Part shown: one piece after another, positions 54,807-64,000 of the stretch
How the letters are laid out: each line of letters opens with the position of its first letter
Numbering within the stretch: the stretch's first letter is position 1
Origin: Phoronis australis
Lineage: Eukaryota > Animalia > Phoronida
Length of the DNA stretch: 64,000 nt
NCBI GenBank assembly: GCA_002633005.1
Contig: NMRA01000362.1
Span: 248,001 to 312,000, forward strand
Reading direction: 5' to 3'
Notes under the pieces: generated by a model
The model's input: the letters and a program-made list of their open reading frames with translations, nothing else
What the model was told of the DNA's origin: nothing
Databases searched by the model: none
Program-made: the position numbers and the translations under genes

Positions 54807-55008
54807 ACCACCGCCCAGCCAACAGAGTCCGCTGAAGTGGAGTTGTCGCCGGAGCAGACTTCATCAACGGCAGTATCGGGCCAACAAAAGACTACCGGAA
54901 CAACAGACAACTTCTTCACACAAGCGACAGCGGAATCAACAAGGAACATTGCAGACATTGTCTCTAGCGGCAGCTTTAACTTCCTTCAGGAATCACAGAT
55001 TGAGGACA
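54807..55008 (+). CDS. CAPRIN1: Caprin exon 6 (G3BP-binding motif)
   Basis: ...GSFNFLQESQIED (human GPYNFIQDS); CCAG / GTGAGT; phase 0-1. Confidence 0.9.
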
Positions 55009-55720
55009 GTGAGTGTGGTTAGGTTGGATACAGCTAGTGGGGTCAGATTGAGGACACTTAGCAGTGCTCGACATTTAGCAGTGCCCGACATTTCTAGGGG
55101 CTGCCTATTTGCTGCTTGTAGTCTCGGATTTGGCTTCGTAAAAAATTATGACCAAAAAANNNNNGATTTGTAGACATTGAAGGAACTGACATAACCTGCA
55201 TGAAATGACGGGCCGTTTCAAGCCAACTTTGTAGCGTGGTCTCAAGCTATAATTGACAGTTCTTCTTAACCCCAGAAATCATTTATGCATGGGTTAGAGT
55301 TTAACGACTCAAAATAATATCATGCGATCTGCCATAAGATTTTTTTTTAGTGTAAAGTGAAGTCGGAGTTTTTGCGAGTAGAAATGAGTGTGCTTCAACA
55401 ATGAACAGTAGAGGCAATGATTTTCTAACTAATCTACACGGAGGTGTCAGCAGTATTCAAAATACACTGTGGCCCAGGACCAGTGGATTTGCGTCCAGGC
55501 CTGTAGACTTTTAAGGACAGCCCAATGTAAGAGGCAAATTGGGGCCATTTTTATAACGGTAAGCTGTCCGAAACAAAAATTAACTTTTTGGGAGGTGACC
55601 TTATTGCAGCTGTGAGCTTAGACGACATGTGTAGTGCTTGCTGTTGATGCCTTTTTATGAATTATGTGGGTATACTGATGGTTTGCTTTCTTAGCATGGT
55701 GTGTTGTCTCTCTTTTGTAG

Positions 55721-55786
55721 CCCCTCACGTGGACCCCGCCGTGGTCGCCGCTCATCCCATGGCCCCAGTTATGGTCGCACACACAG
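55721..55786 (+). CDS. CAPRIN1: Caprin exon 7
   Basis: PHVDPAVVAAHPMAP (human LDPAIVSAQPMNP); TTGTAG / GTTAGT; phase 1-1. Confidence 0.88.
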
Positions 55787-55878
55787 GTTAGTATTTTAAA
55801 GAACTACTGAAAATGCTGAATTCAAACACCTTGACTTATCCTACTGGCAAGGTTAATTAAGCTCAAAAGCGCATTACC

Positions 55879-56025
55879 TTATTCAAGCTTGGCCAGTGTT
55901 ATTCAAGCTTGGCCAATGTTATTTAAGCTTGGCCAGTGTTATTCAAGCTTGGCCAGTGTTATTTAAGCTTGGTCAATGCTATTCAAGCTTGACCAATGTT
56001 TTTTAAGTTACTCAAGCTTGGCCAT
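55879..56025. repeat. 20-bp minisatellite (TTATTCAAGCTTGGCCAGTG) x~7
   Basis: Tandem units directly visible. Confidence 0.9.
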
Positions 56026-56181
56026 CACTTTCCAAGCTCCCTCATTCATGACCATTCGCAACTGTTAAAGGTCATTGAAAAACGACAAACGTTAATTATG
56101 ACAATTATTTATGCAAAAAATTGGTGACATTTTTATCATCTGGCTAAATGCCTATTCATACCCATGTTTCTCTCTGCACAG

Positions 56182-56471
56182 ATCTCCAGTTCACCAATGC
56201 AGGCCTGACTCCGGACCAGTCACAACCAGTCCAGCAGCCAACATCATCGTATGATGCTCAAGTCCAGCAACCTCTTGTGCCGCAGGCCATGGGTGACTCC
56301 TACCCAGTCCAAGGGTTTACCACACAGCCCTACGTGGTGCACGCAGCGCCGGCGAGTGCCGACGTGCCGCCTCCAATACCGTACCCTGGTGAAACGCACC
56401 ACACCAGTCAGTCGTATGTCTCAGCCGTCGAAGGACAGATGGCACCAGTGGAGCAGAACAGAGGGGACATG
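56182..56471 (+). CDS. CAPRIN1: Caprin exon 8 (Q/P-rich)
   Basis: GCACAG|DLQFTNAG...PPPIPYP...RGDM|GTGAGT; phase 1-0. Confidence 0.85.
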
Positions 56472-56719
56472 GTGAGTGAAATATTTACGTTTTTGTGTCT
56501 TAAGATGAAAGGATGGACAAAGTGCTATGTCAAAGCATTTTCTGAGTGGTTTCTCCACTGTACAGTAGCAGATTAGCACCATGACTTCGCGTTTTCAGCT
56601 TTACTTTAATTTGTTCCTGGCCTATTAAAATGTGACATACAGATGTATAAAAAAGTTAGTTGATTGACAACTGGTGACCTGCTGTCACTACTAAATGTTT
56701 GTGTCCTCCTCATCAACAG

Positions 56720-56849
56720 GAAAAGCCATTCCAGCAGTTGAACCCAAATGCCCCCAGTTTTTACTCGGATCAGACATCGCCACATGACTCCAAGTCCGGT
56801 GAGAAGTCGGAAGACGCACAGTACAGTGACCAACAAAATGACCTTCAAG
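56720..56849 (+). CDS. CAPRIN1: Caprin exon 9 (PAM2-like motif)
   Basis: AACAG|EKPFQQLNPNAPSFYSD...DLQ|GTGCGT; phase 0-1. Confidence 0.82.
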
Positions 56850-56959
56850 GTGCGTATCTCTTTTGCCTCGCCACTAGGTTTCACTGTTAGCTATGAGCCT
56901 TTTCCAATTCAGTTACGTAGTGATTCAGGTGGATCCGATGAATGGTGTGTCCCCTTCTT

Positions 56960-57180
56960 TTTTTTGTTTTCCTTTGTTTCTCTGACATAAGTTCTTTGAC
57001 GGATTTTTATGAAATTTGGTTTAAAGTTTTATACTAGAGAAACAATGGCATGTTCCTGTTTTCAGACGTATTTTGTGCCGTTTAGTGGCTATTTTTATGA
57101 TAGAAATAAAAATCGTTTGAAGCACGCCGTTTGCGGTGCTTTCGTGGGCGCATTTAAATGCTCTGCATTGCTCTTATCGT
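56960..57180 (+). mobile_element. 3'-end fragment of the Helentron/HINE element
   Basis: Homologous to 63230-63447; GTGGGCGCAT subterminal repeat (57144-57153) followed by an AATGC-TCT-GCATT hairpin. Confidence 0.7.
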
Positions 57181-57798
57181 TCCTCGTGAAAAGTTGAGCA
57201 TTTTAAATGTACCTTAATGATCTTTCAATCCTTGTGATGGAATGTATGTGTAATATTTATTGGCAAACCTTTCCCTTGCTCGTTGCTCTGAACATACAGT
57301 TCAAGACAAAAGCAATCAGGCAAAATAACCATTATGACGGCTAATTCTGTTTACTGCAAAAATGACTGGTAATACCTTTCAGGGTGGCAAAATTACAACT
57401 ACTAAATGGGCGCTTAAATACCTTACTAAGGCTCCTGTTAATTCCCCTTCAGTCTCGGTCATCAGGGGGTACTACTCTGACGACGAATTCAACTTCTGCC
57501 CAACTGCTGTGATAGAGAATTCCGGGTCATTTTGTTTGAATACTTTTGGACTGTACCTGTATGTACTACTCTACATTTTGTTGTATCTTGGAATAGAATT
57601 AACGGGGAAAGTTAGTAAGGAGATTGAGTCAAATGTAATTTTGCAGCCTGGATAGTCATTTTGTTGTTAACAGAATTGACTGTCTTGATTGTGAAACAGC
57701 ATGTTGTCTGATTAATTTTGTCTCATTCCGTATTTAGACTTTTGGAGTTGCGATACTTCATTTACTCAATGACTGGCATATTACTTTCCCGTTGACAG

Positions 57799-57927
57799 GC
57801 TCTGATGGGTATCAAGGTCAAGGCTACCGTCGGGGCGGAGGTCAGCGCGGAGGTCGAGGGTCACGAGGCATGAACAACGGTGGTGGAAACTTCCGGGGAA
57901 ACAATCGCGGCAACTACAGAGGTTCAG
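57799..57927 (+). CDS. CAPRIN1: Caprin exon 10 (RGG)
   Basis: GSDGYQGQGYRRGGGQRGGRGSRG...NYRGS; phase 1-1 (an alternative in-phase donor lies 6 nt upstream). Confidence 0.85.
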
Positions 57928-58523
57928 GTAGCTACAGTGGTTGGTGGAAGTCCCCCCCTTTTTGGTAGAATTGGTTTAAGGGCCGCATTTTTCTCTCGGC
58001 AGGCTCTACATTGGATAATTTACCCCTGCAACTTGCATTGTTGAGGAGTTCATTGATTGATTGTTTTTTACTTTCCTGCGTCTATTGATGGCAAACTGGC
58101 AGTGAGTGTGTTGGTGGGGTCTCCAAAATGTTTGACACAATTTCGTTTACTTTTCGATTTCCTCGTGTTTGTCGCAAAGCCGTGCACACGTGTAGCTACA
58201 GGTAACGAACTTTTTGCACGCGCTCAAAACATTCTCCGTCATAAATAATCACCGAGTCTTTGCAAGTGTTACAAACCTGTTCCGAGCCTTTCTGTAAGTT
58301 GGACAGGGAGATATATCAGAGCCAACTTAGTGCGAGATTGGCAACCTATGAAGTTGACTTCTGAAGTTTGCGTAAGATTATTCTAGTGTGAAATGAGAAA
58401 AAATCGCAAATTAGTGTGCAGTTTCTTCAGCTCATTGTCAGTTTGGCTTAGCCCAACGAGGTACTGACTGCAGGAGTCTAGTGAAAGACATTTGCACGTT
58501 ATCCTGTCTACATTCTATTGCAG

Positions 58524-58670
58524 GCAACTACCAGGGCTTCCCAGCCAGGAATAACTACCAGCCAGATGGTGGCTATCAAGGATACAACAGTAGGGACTAC
58601 CGCGGCGGTGCTGGGGGTGGCTTTAAGAGGGGCGGTGGTGCGCGTGATGCTGGACCAAACAGAGGGCAAG
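58524..58670 (+). CDS. CAPRIN1: Caprin exon 11 (RGG)
   Basis: NYQGFPARNNYQPDGGYQ...FKRGGG...RGQ|GTGAG; phase 1-1; FKRG also occurs in vertebrate Caprin-1. Confidence 0.88.
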
Positions 58671-59644
58671 GTGAGGTCGTTTGTTTGTCGCTGTTCTATG
58701 GTTATAGGTTTTAGTCGAGGAATTAGCATTGTAATATGTTACATTTTGTTGTACTGCATTGCATTGTCACTAGATTTACAGCAAAACTCATTGATTGGAT
58801 CCGGTCAGATTGAGATATTTTATTATAGTATGCAAAATTGCATTTGCATTCGTATTTGTCTTAAGGTCAAGAAGATAAATTCTATAATTTTTGGACCTTA
58901 AAATTACTAAAAGAGGCTAGAGAGTAAGTGTCCTATTAGGTATTAAGTGAATACCATGTTTAGGAAAAATCAAAAGGGTGATATTTGAGCATTCCCAAAA
59001 CGTGACGGTTGCGTTATATTTACTTCACCATTCTTCACAGTCACTATGATAGAAAAATCTTCGTTCTTGTGTTTTCTCTCAAGTGGTTTGACTTTCTGGA
59101 TAATTTTGGCGCCGTTACATTAGAAAAGGATTTTTATGGAAATTGGCAAGCTCCACAATAACAGCTGAATGCTCTGCCGCAGAGCCAAATCCTTCGCATT
59201 AAATAGCGGGGTATTTTTAAGTGCGTTTTAAGACACTCGTCTGGATTTCAGCAAATGTTTGTTAGACAATTGCAAGAATTAGCGATTTGTAATTAAAAAA
59301 ATCCCCAAAACGGCATATTTTGTTGTTTCATAGCTCTGATCAAAGCCTTTAAGAAGTTTGTCTCACCCAAACAATTTTCTACTGTAAAAGTGACAATGTC
59401 CCTAACCCCTTTATGTTATCAACTGACCTGTGCAAGTCTGTGCTGTGGAGTTGTCTGATTTATAAGCAACTTAGTTAAGCCCATTTTTATACTAAATAGA
59501 AGTGTCTGAATATACTCCCTACCTTGTGAAAGTTTTAGTATATGTGTAAGCTGTCCACAATTCAGTGATTTGTATTCACTGTATACAGCGATGAGTTACA
59601 TGAATGAATTTTGACGTGCTATTTACATTTGCGTTCCTTTTCAG

Positions 59645-59748
59645 GCCCACGAGGTGGTGCTCCCAGAGGTGGGCGGGGTGGTAACCGTGGCAACTACGGC
59701 AACCGGAACAATGGCTTCGGCAACAACAGTCAGCCAGTGTCTACATAA
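59645..59748 (+). CDS. CAPRIN1: Caprin exon 12 (RGG, stop)
   Basis: TTTTCAG|GPRGGAPRGGRGGNRG...QPVST*; spliced CDS 1830 nt, ~609 aa, no C1q domain. Confidence 0.88.
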
Positions 59749-61199
59749 GGGATAAAGAACTGGAATACATGGACAGTGGTGTTTATTGGAGACTGTGAAC
59801 ACAATACCACGCTTGGCATGGTATTGTGGGCGCACGCTGATGTTAAAAACCCTCTTTGTTGTCTATTCTTTTTAGACTAGAGTAATGCATGCCCTGAAAT
59901 AGAATCCTCTGTTTAAATCCAGTGCTCATCAGACGATTAAAGAGGGCTTTTTAACTCGCAGCTTGCGCACGCAGACTTATTTATTACTCTCATCGTGCCG
60001 GCGTTGGACTCGGTTTCATGTTGGGGGGAGCGAGCGAAGGCAATTTTCAGCATGCGGTGATGATTCGGTCAAAGACTACGGAACTGGATTAGCTTCAATT
60101 CACAAAATTGCGATTAGCTTTAGGTTGTTTTAGGCATGACGGTGGCAAGATTTCAATGCTCTGTTTCACATTCTTGATGCTCCTTTCCACATGCGTTATA
60201 AACTATTTCCTGTTTTGTTTGTCCTGTTGGTTTCAGGCTGGGGGTGGATAAGAATGCTCGTAAAGTGTGTCGCAGTCGAGCATGTCGGCATTTCCGTAGT
60301 TGTATCTCTTTTATCAACAGTTGGTCCAAAAATACCTCGTCAGTGAGTTTGTAACGGAGTCTCTTAGGTATCTCTGTACGTTACTTTATGCACATCTGTT
60401 GACACAGCGCACCATAATCGTAGCAAGTTGTCATCTGTAGCCAAAGCACATGTGTACATGTTATTGTAGATTGTAGATGTGAGGCCAGAGTTCACTATTT
60501 CATCCAGTCAGATTGACTGTTACATTTGGAAGACATGGTTTGCACCAATCGGGTAACCTGTTACATTGGGGAAGTAGTTGCTTGGACCATTTGGATAGCC
60601 TGTGACTTAGCGAAAGCATTGTCAGCATCTCTGATATTTCGTACATTTTAAAACAGCTTGAACTAACCCAGGCAAAGATCTTTTTCTCTCTGTCAAGTAA
60701 CAACTGCCCATATTGCTACCTGTAATGGGAAAACTAATGAACACAGTCGAACCGCATTGCTGTGAACATTTTTTTAGCTTTAACCGCAGTCCCTTGTAAC
60801 CACGGCAACTTATTTGAAGTAAAGTTAGTGGGCACTTGTGGAATGAAAGGTAATGAGCGAGCAGACGCAATAAACGTGGTTCTTGTTAGTGCGGTTCGAC
60901 AGTACCGGTATATATTGACAATATTTTTTGCTTTATTCACGATAACAACGGAATCTAGTCCTGTATTGTAAATTTTGTTGTTCTTGCAATGAGTCTGTGT
61001 CTTTTTCACTTGCCTTAGGTTTAAGATATAAAATTGAAAAGTTAGAAAAAAAAATAGAAAAATGGTAAAAACTAAAAAGTGTGCGTCTTACTATGCCTAT
61101 AAATAGGATATAATGTTTTGTTACGGCTTCTTTCTGGTGTGTTGTTCACAAACTTGACGTTACTGAGTAGGTTTGTGTTGTACATCAGGACTAAAATAC

Positions 61200-61205
61200 A
61201 ATAAA
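61200..61205 (+). terminator. Candidate Caprin polyadenylation signal AATAAA
   Basis: About 1.45 kb after the stop, followed by T-rich sequence and just before the repeat zone; another AATAAA lies at ~60869. Confidence 0.45.
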
Positions 61206-61683
61206 AGTATTCCATTTTGAGGATATTTCGTTTTTAAAGGTGCTAGGAACCACCAAATTATTGTTTGACTTCATGTTTTAGCAGAGCAGCGCTTTAATCT
61301 TCCCAAGGAAGTACTAATCATACGTAAGTAACAACGGAGGCACTTTTGGGTAAAATCGTAGAAATGCGGCTTTGTGTCCTTTTACGTTATTCATTAAATA
61401 TGTACAGAAAGTGCTTTTTGTATGTGCCGGTGCATCCCTTTTCGGACGTCCGCTGCTATATCTCATCAACCAGGTGCTGGGTCGTCATGAAATTTGGCAG
61501 TTTTATGTTCCTTCCTACAACTTGAACGTGGCCACAGATGACAATGATTTTCGGACCTGTGTTTGGATTTGCCCAGTTACGGGACAGATATTTGCGAAAT
61601 TCGGTGAATATGTTTCTATAGAGATAACGACATCTTCCATTTTTTAACGGGTGTGACATGGTGTGCGCCCCGTTGTGTTACTG

Positions 61684-63447
61684 TTTTTATGCGCCCACAT
61701 ATTTATATGTGGATGCATTATACCGTCATCTCAATCCGTCCGTCGGGCATCCGCTGCTCTAACTTCAAGACCGTTTGACCTATGTTCATGAAATTTTGCA
61801 CGTGTTCTTTTCATGGATGCTACGGCATGACCGAACTTTCGGGCGGATCCGACTACCAGTGTGCCCCCGAGTGGAAATTTTAGTTCTTTACGCTTACCTC
61901 TATATCTTCAAATGTCTTCAGCGTATTTTCATAATATTTGGCATGCAGGCATCTTTTAGTGCGATGATGCTATGCTCCAGTTTTCGGATAGATTCGACGT
62001 AATTTGCGCCACCTAGTGGCCATTTTTACTGTTTTTGAGTCTGTTAATTTTAGGCGTCCATCCCTCTACCAACCAAACCGCTCTAAGGATGATTGTGAAA
62101 ATTGGCATGTATGTTCGTACTATAAAGTGGATGGCTGACGATGGTTTTCCGACGACTGTGGCGCCTCCTATTGGTAGTTTCGTTTTTTTGCGCCTATGGC
62201 TGTATCTCCTAAACTGTCTGCAGGATCTTTACTAAATGTAGTAAGTGCATTTATATGATGTTGAGGAAGGACGATGACGACTTTCGGACGGATTTGACTA
62301 CTGGTGTGCCCCTTGGTGGTAATTTTATTTTCATTACGTTAACATCTGTATCTTCAAATGTCCTCTACGTATTTTCAAAAAATTTGGCGTACAGGCTTCT
62401 GTTAGTGTGGTGACGCTATCTTTCCGTTTTGAGATGGATTCGACTTAGTTTGCGCCACCTAGTGGCCATTTTTACCGCTTTCGAGTCTGTTTTTTTGGCG
62501 TCCATCCCCCCTATCAACCAAATCGCTTTCAGGATAATTGTGAAAATTGCCATGTATGTTTTTACTATGAAGTGGACGGCTGACGACGATTTTCCGATGA
62601 CTTCAGCTACTGTGGCGCCTCCTAGTGGCAGTTTCGTTTTTTTGTGCCCATGGCTGTATCTCTTAAACCGTTTGTAGGGTCTTTACTAAATTTAACAAGT
62701 GTATTTATATGATGTTGACAAAGAACAACGACTTTCGGACGGATCTGACTATCTGTGTGTGCCCTGGTGGCAATTTTAGATTTTACCGTTTACCTCTGCA
62801 TCTTCAAGGGTCCTCAATGGATTTTCATCAAACTTTGAATTCAGGCATCTATTGGTGAAATGACGCTATCCTCTCATTTTTGGATAGAATCGAGGTATTT
62901 TGCGCCACATCATGGCCATTTTTTGCTGTTTTCGAGTTTGTTTTTGGCGTCCACCCTCTATCAACCAAATCATTCTATAGATGGTTTTGAAAATTGGTGT
63001 TTATGTTCTCTGTATGAAGAGGATGGTTGACGATGACGACTTTGGCTACTGTGGCGTTTCCAATGGTAGTTTTGTTTTGTTTTGCACCCACAGCTGTGTC
63101 TCCTAAACCCACTGCAGGATCTTTATTAAATTTAGTAAGTGTATTTATATGAAGCTAACAACAGACAATAACGACTTTCAGGCGGATCTAATGAACAGTG
63201 TGCCCCCGTAGTATCCATTTCATTTTATTCTGTTTTCCTTTGTTTCTCTGAAGTTCCGTGACGGATTTATGTGAAGTTTGGTTAATAGCTTTCTATTAAA
63301 GAAGCTATGACATGGTCCCAAATTCAGATGGATTTTACGTTTTTGCGCCATTTAGTGGCCATTTTTATGACACAAATAAACAACCCTAAAGCACACCGTT
63401 AGCGATGCATTCGTGGACGCATTTCAACGCTCCGTGTTGCTCTTGTT
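61684..63447 (+). mobile_element. Non-autonomous Helentron-type element (HINE / DINE-1-like) with central tandem array
   Basis: T-run, then ATGCGCCCAC (61689-61698) within a 5' hairpin, a CCGTCCGTC microsatellite, ~11 diverged ~145-bp units, inverted GTGGACGCAT (63413-63422), 3' hairpin CAACGC-TCC-GTGTTG and a CTCTTGTT end. Confidence 0.75.
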
Positions 63448-64000
63448 ATTACTTCCGAGATGCTTTGGTGTGCGTCTAGCCGCCTATATTGTGGCCTAAC
63501 TGCTTTCATTAATGGATCATTAACTTGGCAGATGCACTATTGTATTGAGTTGGGAAACGGCTGACATTTTGCGGAAAACTGTAGCGCCCCCAAATGGCGA
63601 GTTTGTCTCTTCATCAATATCTACCAAGTTCCTTATTATTACGAAATTTGGTTTTACGTGCCTATGGAGGAGAGCATGACTGGTGCCTGCTTTGGGAAGA
63701 GTCCGACTATTGTGGTGTCCTCTAGTGGCTGTTTAGGTTTTCTTTGCGATTACCTCAATATCTACGAAGTTCCTTGATGGATCTTCTTGGAGTTAAGCGG
63801 ATAACTTCCCATGAAGGAGACAATGAAACTTGTCCGTTTTAGATGGATGCAACCTATCCTGCGCCCTCGAGTCCTACTGGGGCACACTGTTAGACCCTAG
63901 AGTCAGGTCTCAGCTCTTCAGCTCGGTTTTAACTATGTATGAATATATCTAAAAAATGGTTCCAGACAATTAGTGTAATGGGCCCACCTTAGCGGCCTGC

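Noticed and set aside
55879-56025. CRISPR-like repeat array
   Set aside because: Units are contiguous with no unique spacers, there are no cas genes, and the context is a eukaryotic intron.
61861-63358. CRISPR-like regularly spaced motif array
   Set aside because: The intervening sequences are homologous to one another (satellite monomers), not unique spacers.

Overview
Animal (invertebrate, intron-rich, AT-rich) genomic DNA, not prokaryotic, so most ORFs in the supplied track are spurious and real genes had to be assembled by eye across GT-AG introns. Main content: (1) two ~85%-identical ecdysteroid-kinase-like (EcKL/DUF227) genes in a ~5.7-kb direct segmental duplication (3674-9390 / 15683-21313); (2) a belt of decayed gene pieces at ~22-29 kb (LINE RT, LRR pseudogene, SLC34 Na/Pi transporter exons, possible cbEGF fragment); (3) a 5-exon minus-strand gene for a secreted two-Ig (V+C2), probably GPI-anchored, Beat-like protein (~308 aa); (4) a divergently oriented 12-exon Caprin gene (~609 aa) with a G3BP-binding motif, a PAM2-like motif and an RGG tail; (5) many transposon relics (two THAP/Kolobok-like, three LINEs, several MITEs, a TTAA-ended ~1-kb repeat) and a Helentron-type (HINE/DINE-1-like) element at 61.7-63.4 kb whose ~145-bp tandem subunits each carry a co-oriented CTCF-like motif. 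The last is the most unusual signal I found. All exon boundaries and family assignments are manual and come from recalled motifs; no database searches were run.
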